NCBI RefSeq assembly: GCF_009914755.1
Contig: NC_060944.1
Origin: the human T2T-CHM13v2.0 reference genome, Homo sapiens
Length of the DNA stretch: 64,000 nucleotides
Reading direction: 5' to 3' (one strand)
Shown: one piece after another, positions 52,000 to 64,000 of the stretch
Layout: every line of letters starts with the position of its first letter
Position numbering within the stretch: position 1 is the first letter of the stretch
Notes under the pieces: generated by a model
Told to the model about the DNA's origin: nothing
Database searches by the model: none
The model's input: only the letters and a program-made list of their open reading frames with translations
Made by a program: the position numbers and the translations under genes

Positions 52000-52386
52000 T
52001 ATTTATTTATTTTTTTAGGACAGGGTCTTTCTTTGTCACCCAGGCTGGACTGTAGCGGCGGGATCTTGGCTCAATGCAGCCTCAACCTCCCAGACTCAGG
52101 TGATCCTCCCACCTCAGCCTCCCGAATAGCTGGGACCACAGGCATGCACCACCATGCCCAGCTAATTTTTCAATTTTTTGTAGAGATCAGTTGTTTTTTG
52201 CTTTTCCTGACTTATCACAGACTTTTGTAAAATATTTTTAAAAATAAACCATGGAATTAAAGATAATGTTGGGCATGGTTGCTCATGTCTGTAATCTCAG
52301 CACTTTGGGAGGCTGAAGTGGACAGATCGCTTGGGCTAAGGAGTTCAAGACCAGCCTGGGCAACATGGAGAAACCCTATCTCTACC

Positions 52387-52424
<38 letters not shown>

Positions 52425-52595
52425 GCCAGGCATGGTGGCATGTGCCTGTAATCCCAGCTACCAGGGAGACTGAGGTGAGAGGATCACGAGAGCCCAGGTC
52501 AAGGCTGCAGTGAGCTGAGATTGCGCCACTGCACTCCAGCCTAGGCAATGGAATAAGAACCTATCTCAAAAAAAAAAAAAAAAAAAAAAAAAAAG
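52000..52595. mobile_element. Alu fragment (minus 52000-52185) and Alu (plus 52270-52595)
   Basis: Alu consensus. Confidence 0.88.
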
Positions 52596-53516
52596 CAAAA
52601 AATAAGCCCAGGTATTTTAGTATTACAGTCAGCACACATAAAATGACTGTCAAATTGCTTAGAAACTTTTATAAAGTTGCTAAGACTCAATTTCTGAACA
52701 TATATTATGGCAGTCTTTAACAGTCCAAGACCACACTTTGGAACACCAGTGTTATAAAAAGGACATATCAGGATTTTGGTTTGACATTTAATCTGACAAT
52801 CATTTAACTAATGAGTTTGGTTCATTTATTGTTATTGGTATATTTAGGCCTGTTTCTAGAACTCACATCTATATGTCCTCTTTCCAACACCACAGTGATA
52901 GGGCCTCCAATTACACTGTAATATTATGGATATTTCTTTTTTCTTTCCTGTGGTCCTGGCTTATTTCCAGTGACCAGGCTTACCAAATATTTCTTGCTCA
53001 TCTTCCCTTCAGTTATCTCCTACAGCACTTCCTAGGTTTGTTGAAGTATTTTACCCAAAAATATTAAAATGTGGGCATTCAAGTGGCTAGACATAACATT
53101 CTAAGTTCAAAGTTCTTTTCCTTCAGTTCTTAAAAAATGCTGCTGAAAAATCCAAGGCTTATTGGATCAGAGCTCTTGAGGTTTTGATTCTGTTCATTCT
53201 CTCTGGAAGCTTTCAGAATGTTGTCTTTGTTCATCTTAAATTTTACTACCCAGTAATGAAAATGAAATGCACTACATTAAAGAGATGTATCAACATAAAA
53301 GTATCTCATAACACTGAATAAAGCATGACAACATGTATCTCATTCCTTTTACATCATGTTCAAAACCATGCAAAACTTAATAGATTACTTGGGGGTGCTG
53401 TTATGTGGCAAAATTGTGAAGGCAAGGACAGGATAAATTCAAAATTTAGGGTAGCAGCTCTCTTGATGGGGATGAAGATGCAGTAGGAGAAGGGTCCCGA
53501 GGGGTGGGGTGTCTGA

Positions 53517-53825
<309 letters not shown>

Positions 53826-54109
53826 TGAAGCACTGTTAATATGCTGTGGTCGGAGCCGGGGGTGGAAACATGGGTACTCCTTACTTTTTAAATACCTTAC
53901 AAAATCTTTTGCATGTACCTAACTTCAGGTAAAATAATCCCCCTTGTGATGAACTCGCCAGCAGCGGTTCATAGGTCAGGATATTGGGAATGGTGGCAGC
54001 TGGCTGCAGGTCTTACAGGAGCGGCTGCAGTGGACAGTCATAGCTCAATGGGCCAGAGAAGAACCACGGGTTGAGATGGGAATGGGGTAGTTCTAGGTTT
54101 GCCCTAAAC

Positions 54110-54622
<513 letters not shown>

Positions 54623-55124
54623 CCCTAAGTGAAAAAACACATCTAATCACCTCTGGACCCATCATTATACCCCACCAGGGAGCCACGCTGAGGACAGAAT
54701 GGAGCTGCTCTCAGTCCCCCACAGCTCAGCATTTCCTGACCCAGTCTGAATACTCAGCCTGAAAGTGGGCATGGCTGGTGAGACCCTCTCTGGTCACCAC
54801 TCCCAAAATGTCTTCCACCTCCAGATGTGTTACTGTAATAACAGACTCAGAATTTCACCCCCTAAGTCCAACATGGGTGCACTCTCTAACTTTTTGAGGC
54901 CTCTGAGACTTTACTTCCTCCTTCCACATCCTCGCAAGAGTCCTGCCCAATCTCTGGTTCTCTGGGAACGAGGACTGATTGTCCCTTTCCTGTAGCTTTC
55001 ATTGATCAGTCTGCCAGGCACCTGACAATGATAACGCTCATGAACTTGTTGAATTGAATTTCTTATCCGTTGATTTCCTCCCCTAGGTGACAACTTTTAA
55101 TTAATTACCATCGGCTTTCTGTAC

Positions 55125-55772
55125 CTGAGGCTTCTGTATCCTTGGATTCAACCGAGGATTGAAAATAAAAAACAATAAAAACAACACAATAAAAATGCAA
55201 ATATAGAAACAATACAGTGTAACAAGTATTACATAGCCTTTATATTGTATTTGATATTATAAGTCCTCTAGAGATGATTTAAAGAATACAGGAAGATATG
55301 CATAGATTATATCCAAATCTATACACTACACCATATCCATGTACACATACACTACACCAAAATCCACAACACCATTTTATGTTTTTGAGACAGTCTTACT
55401 CTGTCACCTCGCCTGGGGTCCAGTGGTGCGAACACGGCTCACCGCAGTCTTGAACTCCTGGGCTCAAGCAATCCTCCCACCTCAGCCTCCTAAGTAGCTG
55501 GGACCACAGGCGTTCACCACCATGTGTGCCTAATTTTTTTTAGTGAAGGGGCGGGGCGGGGGGGGCGGGTTTCACTATGTTGCCTAGGCTGGTCTCGAAC
55601 TCCTGGCCTCAAGCAATTCTCCCGCCTTGGCCTCTCAAAGTGCTGAGATTACATGGGTGAGCCGCTGTGCCTGACCCACTATGCCATTTTATATCAGGGA
55701 CTTGAGTAGTCTCGGATTTTGGTATCCGAGGAGGTCTTGGAACCAATCCCCTACAGATTCTGAGGGATGACT
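55125..55772. mobile_element. MER2 (TcMar-Tigger) with nested Alu (minus, ~55380-55675)
   Basis: 'ggattcaacc...ctagagatgatttaaag' and 'ggaaccaatcccc...gagggatgact' MER2 motifs. Confidence 0.8.
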
Positions 55773-55835
55773 CTTTTCTTAAAGAGTAGCCCAAGAAGGA
55801 GGCACGTGAAGAGCAAAACTGTGTCCAGGAGAGCT

Positions 55836-55841
55836 TTTATT
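55836..55841 (-). terminator. SLC23A2: Polyadenylation signal AATAAA of SLC23A2
   Basis: AATAAA on the minus strand, followed ~15-20 nt later by CA and a GU/U-rich element (gttttgctctt); U-rich upstream region. Confidence 0.75.
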
Positions 55842-57852
55842 TGTACGGAACAGTTTTAAAAATACAGAATAAAATAGCTTTATCTCTACTATTATTCACA
55901 ACATCTGGTCCAAATATTACATATTTTTAAAATACTTAAACGTTTAATGAAGCCATGTTAGAAAAACAATATGAAAATTCTTTTTAAAAACTCCATAAAA
56001 GAATTACACATCTCAAAAAACAACCCCACCCCAAATACCCTCGGTAATCAAAATAAAAATAAAAAACAAACAAAACCCCAGAAAGGTATATATAGCCAAA
56101 GTCAGTCACAAAAACTCAAGGAAAATATAGGCATCCCCACTGTTTTAAGAACAGTCAGAAATGTATTAAGGTGTCAAATGAAGATTGTTACTAACGAACA
56201 AAAAAGGAGAGTCATTTGAACTGTCAGTAAGATGGCAACGTGGGGAAGGGTGTCCTAAGTGCCTGGAAACACGCACAGCAATGCTAAGGACATGGGAGGG
56301 TAGAGTGATGCTGAAACACAGTCAACACCAACCAGAAAGGACGGGAATGTCTGTGAGGCTGCTGAAAAGAGACCCCCAACGCTAATGTGCCTTATGGGTC
56401 CATGGGCAGACGCTGAACGCTGGCAAAACCGGGTGGCCGTTCTTGCACTACTCGGGTTCTGACTGCAGGAGGGGCAGAGGGTGGTCGATGTCCTAGTCCC
56501 TGTGTCTAAAAAGTCATGAGGGGACAGAGTACAACAGGCAGCACGTTAAGTCCCTGGGCTCTTTTCCAAAGCCAAGAGGAGGCTCCCTGGAGAAGCGAGC
56601 TTTGCGAATGCTCAGGCCCGGAGCCGCACACTAACGCGGCGTGCAGCAGGTGTGGCTGGGTGTGCACAGCTGGCGTCCAGCGACAGCCATGCCGGGCCTA
56701 TGCCTATAGCGAGTGTACACCCCATGCACGGCCATCCCCCAGGATGCTGCTGCTTCTCTGGCCAGATGGGTTCTGGAATGAGGCTTCTGCTACTGCTCCA
56801 TATTCACCTTCAATCTGGCCTGGCCACTCCCATGGCATCCGTATTACTGAAGATGAGACTTGCCAACTTTAAGTTGCTAGTACCAATATTTCAGCAGGGA
56901 TATGAATGAAAGAAATAACAACTTAGCTCATGGTCATAAAATATACGTATGGGTAAATAAAGTATACACACATACTAGAGATTCATCAATGGAGAAATTC
57001 TATCATCACATGACATTGTCATGAAAATTATATCATTCCCTCCCTGGAAAACTGTGACTATTATCCTGGGTAGAAATGTTATTTTGCTATATGGAAATAC
57101 TGCAATATTCATGCATAAACCAAGTTGTCATCATGAAAGTCGGTATTCTACAGCATAAAGCAAAACCTCTGTGCGAATTTGTTACCATGAAAACGGGAAA
57201 CCATCAGGACCCATGATGCTTCATTCTGGCTGGCATGGTTAAAGCCACTTCTCTTGCCTTGATCAATCCCAAGAAACTAAAAGTTAGCATTTGAAATCCT
57301 CTTGAGGATTCTGAAAGTAAATGTATCTGTGAATCTACATTTAACTTCCTAATGAGAATGAAAATTGCTTACAAAGACTAGAGTCACTTCCCATTATTCT
57401 GTGAAGCAGGGGTGGGGGCCCTCCATCCCCCACTGTGAATATGGCATCACCTCCTGTCCGTATTCACGCTGTCTACATTTCATGTTGGGATTGCCCACAC
57501 AAATGCTTTCTTTCAGGGACCAGGCAGGTGACCTGGGAAGGTGGTGGGTAGGTGGTCTCTGTGGAAACTGGAGACTAACCGGCCTGCAAGGACATTCACA
57601 TCCAAAATATTTTACAACACTCTACAGGCAAAACAAAGTACGGGGTGGTGGTTCAAAGCCCCAGCAACGCAGGCCAATGATGTGAATGGGAAGTGTCATG
57701 ACACAGACCGCGAGTGGCCACCGTGTCCCCCAATATCTCCCCTTCAGGTGTGTGCTTAAACCCAAGAAGCAGATGAATACATTCTTTTTCTTTCAATTAC
57801 AAACTTTCATTCTGTAGCATATTTTCCAGTAGGAGAACCACTTCCTAAAATG

Positions 57853-57878
57853 GTGTGTGTGTGTGTGTGTGTGTGTGT
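57853..57878 (+). repeat. (GT)13 microsatellite in the SLC23A2 3'UTR (CA repeat in the mRNA)
   Basis: Directly visible. Confidence 0.95.
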
Positions 57879-60433
57879 TACATGTTCAAGTTTATTAGTC
57901 ATTAGGGGACTCCAATCACTCAAGGCTGTGCAGAAAGTACCAGATTCAGCAGGGGCATCTAGTCAGGCTGCCCTCTTTGCTCCCCACCTCCTATTCCCTT
58001 ACCCCTCCTCGGACAGAATTATTGGGTTGGCCACAGTGGAATCAGAACAGGAAACTCTCACTCCAACAGGAGTTGAAAGGGTAGGGCTTCCTTCCCTGTG
58101 TGAAGGCCTACAGAGGGCACCCCACATGTTAGCGGGGTTGAATCCTCCTGATACAACCCGGCCCAAGGAGGGGCTTCAGAAGGGAGTGGGTTTCTGGATG
58201 ACTAGAGCAGACACCTTGAGTGTTATGCAGCGGAAGACGCCCAGTCAAGCTGAAGAGAAGGTGCCCCTGGATCACCAATGGCTTTCAGGCTTTTATTTGG
58301 ATATTTGGTCTTTCTGCTCACCTGGAGAGCTAGAAGATTGCAAATCTCTGGGATGTTTAGCAGTTTTCCCCATTTTTCAGAGCAGAGAAACTGGAGATGT
58401 TGAGCAAAATCCAAACAGAAGGAACTGAGAGCAACTCATTGCAGGAGGGCTGCCAGCCTCAAGAGTGTCCCAAGGCAAGAGGGATGGAAACCGCGAGCCA
58501 GTGTGCTTCTAAAGTATGCATCAAAGACACATTTAAAAAAACATACAAAATTAGATGTAATTTAGCATCTAAGTTCTTTACTTAATCTGCAGTAAGTTTT
58601 TGGCAAAACAATGCAGTGGCTCCGAGGTGTTCTTGCCAGAATAAACCTTGAAGCCCCAAACTTCCAAGAGTGAAGGGGGCTACGGTGACATGGCAATGCT
58701 GCAAAGACAGCGCCGCAGCACTGGAGAGCTGAGCCAGCCTGGGGCCGAGGGGGACAGGAATGCACCGTGTGGACACCAGGCTGCCAAGAACCATGCCCTG
58801 CCGCTGGAGACAGGAGACAGGCACCCACGCAGCTGACCAAAGCTCGACCAGGCCAACGGCCACCGAAGATGTGCCACCTCATGAAGCGAGGGCACTGCTT
58901 CCTATCTCAGGCCTTTTCCTTCACTGAAAAACTTCAAACCAAACCAAGAGGAGTCATTTCTCAGGAAGAATTTAGTGTTATTAATTAGAACTCTCTTAAG
59001 TGAGAGGGAGCCTGTTGGCTGCTTTTCTTATCACCTTTGGCAACCACCCTCACCTGTAAAATCAAGATCTAACGGACGTGCGACATGGCAACCCACAGGA
59101 AGTCTCCTTAAGCCAAGACTTGCAACAGAAGCCCGGCAAGCGGGACAGACCGGCGGACAGACCGTTCCACGTGGCGGCTCTGCGTGTTACCTGCCCCAGC
59201 TTCCCTTCTTCACAAAACAAATTCACGTGTAACTTGACCCATGGTTTCTGGGCTCCGGTCCAGTAGTCAGTTTTGATAAATAGATTAGGCATTACAGTAT
59301 TTACACTTTCATGGTATCAAGCAATACAAAACACAACCACAACAATGGTTACTGGCCTTCAAAAGCCGTTACAACAAGCTTCCCTGATGGTGTCCACAGC
59401 TTTACAAATGCTGGTTCTTTTCTTGATGGGGGGAAGAGTGGGTGGGGGACAAGGAATAGGGATGCAAGGAAAGAGGGTCACATGGAAAACACTGATTTCC
59501 AAAATCTGCTATAGTCAATAACATTAAATAGGAATAAAACCTTGTAATTATAGACGCGCGCGACAATAACATCCACATGACGGCAGAGCCAAGACGCCCA
59601 TCAGCTTGTGTGACTGGTGCCTTGGGTGGCACTCTATACTCATCACACCGGCCAACAGTGATAAATGCCAGAGAGGGTGTCTCGGCCACTAGTGAAATGA
59701 AAAGAGGCCAGTGTGCACGTGCTGGCCCGGTCAGGGCCAGGGTGGCCAAGAGAAGGTGCAGCCGAGAATCAGATATTGGCTTCAGGGTCCTTTCCTTTTC
59801 CCTCCAATGCCCCAAACAGATGTTCATTCAACATCTGTGCAGGCCTCACCCATGGCCAGATCTGGGCACAGGGGAGCCACGCCACTGTTTTCAGGTCAAC
59901 AGCCTCCTCCTCCGGGAGATCAGCGACAACAGAATCATACTGGGCCAGTCAGTCATGATAGCGCAAGGCATACTAGTGCCCCTTGGTCAGAGGAGGTCTC
60001 CGCGGGCACAGACGAGGGTCAAATGACAAGGAAACAGGTCCAGGGGCTTCGGAGAGAGAGAGAAAGCCCCTGGACCCTGGAGGTGGCTTATAGGAAAGCC
60101 AGCCCTGGGTGGTGGAAGGGAACTGAAGCAAGGAATGGCTGCAGATTTTAAATGTCCACTCCAAAGGGAGGACTGGAACTTCAAATTTAGTGACCATGGC
60201 CAGCAATGGACACTCTCAAAGGGCAAGGAGTTAAGGGCTTAAATAAGGAGATAGGCGAGACACCGCATCAGGCACCATCACCCTCACAGCAGAAAAGTGA
60301 TTCGCAGTCTGTCTTAGCTCTGGGGCGCAGAATGTAAATGTAGATATACAAACATGTATTTTACTTCTTGTTACTCAGCAAGGAACTACAGATACATGCC
60401 TCACTGCGGCCAGGCCACAGGGCACAGCAAAGG

Positions 60434-60666
60434 CTATCCCGTGGCCTGGGAGTCTTCATCTGAACTCCGGCTGTTGTCGCTCTTCCTGAGGCCTTTCCAT
60501 GTGTAGCCCACAAAGGTTGGGCTGATGGGTAAGTAGCTGAAGCATCTGTATTTTTTTATAATGTTCATGCCAAATGGCAAATTGTACGACTCCATGCCGT
60601 CGAGTGATTTGTTCCCTTTGCCCACACCCTTCTTCCATTTCCGGATTCCTCTTTCCTCTGGAGTGC
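60434..60666 (-). CDS. SLC23A2: SLC23A2 last coding exon ([14 protein letters not shown]...[10 protein letters not shown])
   Basis: Matches recalled human SVCT2 C-terminus; acceptor gacag| at 60667-60668; TAG stop at 60434-60436; phase 1 is consistent with the previous exon. Confidence 0.97.
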
Positions 60667-60739
60667 CTGTCACACATCCCAAGATAGAACAAAGGAATGC
60701 TTCGTTTAGCAGCTCTACTGAAAATGAAACTGTCGTCAA

Positions 60740-60740
<1 letters not shown>

Positions 60741-60784
<44 letters not shown>
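60741..60784 (+). repeat. (CA)n microsatellite in the last SLC23A2 intron (UG repeat in the pre-mRNA)
   Basis: Directly visible. Confidence 0.95.
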
Positions 60785-60786
<2 letters not shown>

Positions 60787-61096
60787 GTCCCACAGATCAA
60801 ACCTGCCTAGATAACAGCAAAGAATACTTGAGGAGGTGAAGGTGCTCAGCTATCCAGTGCCCAAACCAGAAGTCTAAGAAGCACTAACCCCTCCATGTCC
60901 TCATTCAAGCAATCACCTAATGACCTTCTGACCTCCCTATCCTTCTATGTGACCCATATTCTCAATTTTCACTGTTAGGGCCCAGCTCAGGCCATGTTAT
61001 TGCTTTCCTGGTTCATTCTATCGGTCTCCCATCTGGTTACCTAGTCTTCTGGCTCATCACCTCCTGCCCCAGGTCTGCTCAAAAACTACCTCTCTA

Positions 61097-61506
<410 letters not shown>

Positions 61507-62736
61507 TTATTGTATCACACAATGCCTTCATCAACCAGTCACTGCACATTCACCCCCCCATCTAGACAGACCCACACTTCATGCTGCTTTGCTCCATTTT
61601 AGCGTGTCTGGTGCTATGGGGGACACACAGGTCATGTACCTGTTGTGCTTCTGCGGGGATGAACATCCACCGGTTGGACACTCCTGGCCACTCTGCACCC
61701 TGACAGATGGGTCAGGGAGGAAGCTCTGAGCACACAGGGCTCAGCAAGGAAGCTCATGACTTTTTTTTATATCTAAGCTCTGCTCTCTCATCAGTATTTC
61801 AGAAATAAAGCTGACTTTAATTTCCATCAGCCTGACTGTTGCATCCCTCTCTCAATTCCCTCTGGCTTAGGAGAGAAAGAGAGTAGTCGTTATGGACTCT
61901 TAAATCCAGTGCCTTCCATCTATTTGTGTGTGTGATTCCTTCTGCCTTGGTTTCCCCAGCAATCTCTTGATTGAGGTTTTTTATTTTTTTTGGAGATGGG
62001 TTGTTTAAAGGGGAAAATCTCAACAAAACCTTTGAGCCTAAGAATAAGTATCACCCTTCCTTGAAGGCAGGGAAATCTGCCAGTATGTCCATGGCAGCAC
62101 TTTACAGTGGCCCACAGCAGCCACCGCCAAGGCAGGACCCACATAACATCCTAGTCTGTCATCCCAAGCTCAGCACAGAATGTATCCATAAACAGGGATC
62201 ATGGGTATTGGAGAGGCAGCTGCCTCCAGGCATCTCTTGTCAATGATCCTGGACCCCTGATCTCAGCCTTTGCCCATGGTCTTCTACTGCCTTCTGGTCT
62301 TAGTTGGCTGGAAGCCCACCTTAGGAACAACTCATTTAAGGGACAGTCTCCCCAAGCAGAAGTGCCACGGGCTGTGCCCACCTCTCTCAGATCAGATGAA
62401 ACCCACACTGCAGGGCCTTTGGCACAGGCTGTGCAGGGGGACAGGAGCCTGGCCTGTGCCCATCCCACTGCCATCTCACCAAACGCAGCGAACTCAGCTG
62501 CTGTCTCCCAAAAGTCCTTCAGCACGAGAAACAAAATTAATCAGTTTATGTAGCAAAAAACTGATTCATACATGGAGGCTGGGAGTGCCATCACAACTGT
62601 TTTAGAAAACAGTTATAACCAGTGATGGCTTTGAACTCATTTACTCTTCCCGTTTTCCATTTCTATTTGGCAAAAAAAGTAACACATATGTTAAAAAATA
62701 AAAAAAAAAAAAGTGTGTTTGATATATACCACGTAC

Positions 62737-62832
62737 CTGGGATGGTGTTATCCAGGATAAAAGCCACACAGCCCCCTACAAACATAGCAGTTGTGAGAAG
62801 GACGTTCAACACTTGATCGATTCCTGTTATCC
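62737..62832 (-). CDS. SLC23A2: SLC23A2 (SVCT2) penultimate coding exon, 96 nt ((G)[31 protein letters not shown](G)); last TM segment
   Basis: Translation matches the nucleobase-ascorbate transporter C-terminal 'LDNTIPG' motif; acceptor ttctctttctag| at 62833-62834; donor |gtacgt at 62736. Confidence 0.97.
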
Positions 62833-63389
62833 CTAGAAAGAGAACACAGCCATAAACGATCAGTGCCACAGCAGCGGTGAGCCTGCCCTTGACTTGGGAA
62901 GGGGCAATGGTGTGGGCAGAACTCCGCCAATCAAAGCAGGAAAGGAAAGTGTACATTTCTTAGTTGTGCACATGTAGATGAATTTTTGCCAGTAATGTTT
63001 TAAACTACGATGAATACTTTCAACAATAATCCAAAGGTATCTCCATAAGGAGAATTCCCAACAGTGGTGCATAGAAGATGAATCTAAGAGTGGTGTTCAC
63101 CCTACAACGAACTGTGAAGCCACAGGGGTGTAGTCGGTGGATAAAAAAAATTCTAAATAAAAAAAAATGGTAGTCATAAGGCTGAGAAAAAATTACAAAG
63201 TGAATAATAAGATGACAAAAATATTTCTGGCACCTGCAGTCATAGAAGACTTTTCAGTATCCTGGGTTATCAATTAGTGCTTAGCTGCTTTTAATCAGGG
63301 GCAACTGGATTTATAAAGATGTCCTCCCATGAATATGACATATTAAATGTAAAAAACAGCAAGAATCTCATTTATCCACACACTTTCCA

Positions 63390-63995
63390 TCCGGAAGATA
63401 GAATAATCCTCAACAGAAAATCATAGGCACTGGTGAGGATGTGGAGAAACAGAAACCCTCGTACATGGCTAATGGGATAGTAAAATGGTGCAGCCGCCAT
63501 GAAAAAGTTTGGCAGTTCCTCAAAAGGTTAAAAATAGAATTACCACATGACCCAATTATTCCACTCTTAGGTATATACCCAGGAGAAATGAAAACAAGTA
63601 CTCAAATATGGCCCACATTGATTATTCATGAATTACGTGTTTGTGAAATTGCCCATACACTAAAATGTATTTGTAAACCCAAAATGAATACCCTTGGTGC
63701 CTTCATGGGTATACAGAGCAGTGAAAAATCTGAGCCACGCCACATACATTCCTGACTGATGTCAAATAAGCTGACGCTCTGCCTTGTTCTGGCCTCATCC
63801 TGTAAACAAGAGTCCTTTTTGCGGACTATGTAGTGCCATGTCTGTCATACCGTGTGCTTTCCGTTGGTGATCTCACTGTTTAAAATGTCCAAGTGGTGTG
63901 AAGTGCTCCCTGACGTTTCTACACATAAGGCGGCTATGGTGTGTGTTAAAGAAGATCCATCCAGGCATGAGCTGTGGCATTGCTGACTGTCTTTC
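63390..63995 (+). mobile_element. L1 fragment (~63390-63605) followed by MER82-like Tigger element (~63610-63990)
   Basis: 'ggtgaggatgtggagaaac...atagaattaccacatgaccca' L1 motif; 'ctaaaatgtatttgtaaacccaaaat...ctgtaaacaagagtcctttt' MER82 motif. Confidence 0.75.
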
Positions 63996-64000
63996 CCCAG

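Larger units (their letters stand above)
55820..60433 (-). other. SLC23A2: SLC23A2 3'UTR (~4.6 kb)
   Basis: Continuous Alu-free sequence from the stop codon to a polyA signal; the end coordinate is approximate. Confidence 0.8.

Noticed and set aside
57850-58428. 192-aa plus-strand ORF
   Set aside because: Starts in a GT repeat, antisense to the SLC23A2 3'UTR, no domain

Overview
Primate, almost certainly human, genomic DNA from the RASSF2-SLC23A2 interval (chromosome 20p13 from recalled gene order). Both genes lie on the minus strand. The left half (1 to ~27 kb) is the 5' part of RASSF2. It contains a CpG-island promoter (~25.6-27.3 kb), two inferred non-coding leader exons, the ATG exon (4217-4307) and the next coding exon (1255-1330). 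The right end (~55.8-64 kb) is the 3' end of SLC23A2 (SVCT2, sodium-ascorbate transporter): the penultimate exon, the last coding exon and a ~4.6-kb 3'UTR with an AATAAA signal. The rest is repeat-rich: about 40 Alus, old L1, ERVL/MaLR LTRs and hAT/Tigger DNA transposon fossils, several of them nested. No CRISPR, rRNA or tRNA was seen. The most interesting observations are: (1) a 39-aa uORF that stays in frame across RASSF2 leader exons 1, 2 and 3, plus a second overlapping uORF; (2) a candidate intronic alternative promoter at ~17.6-18.45 kb (CLEAR/E-box, NF-kB and ETS sites, five clustered 5' splice sites) that would bypass that uORF; (3) a UG-repeat-adjacent, in-frame alternative acceptor for the last SLC23A2 exon; (4) several hairpin or templated-insertion scars and local micro-duplications; (5) a ~330-bp GGGGA purine tract grown out of an Alu tail. 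Repeat family names and boundaries are by-eye recognitions and are approximate.
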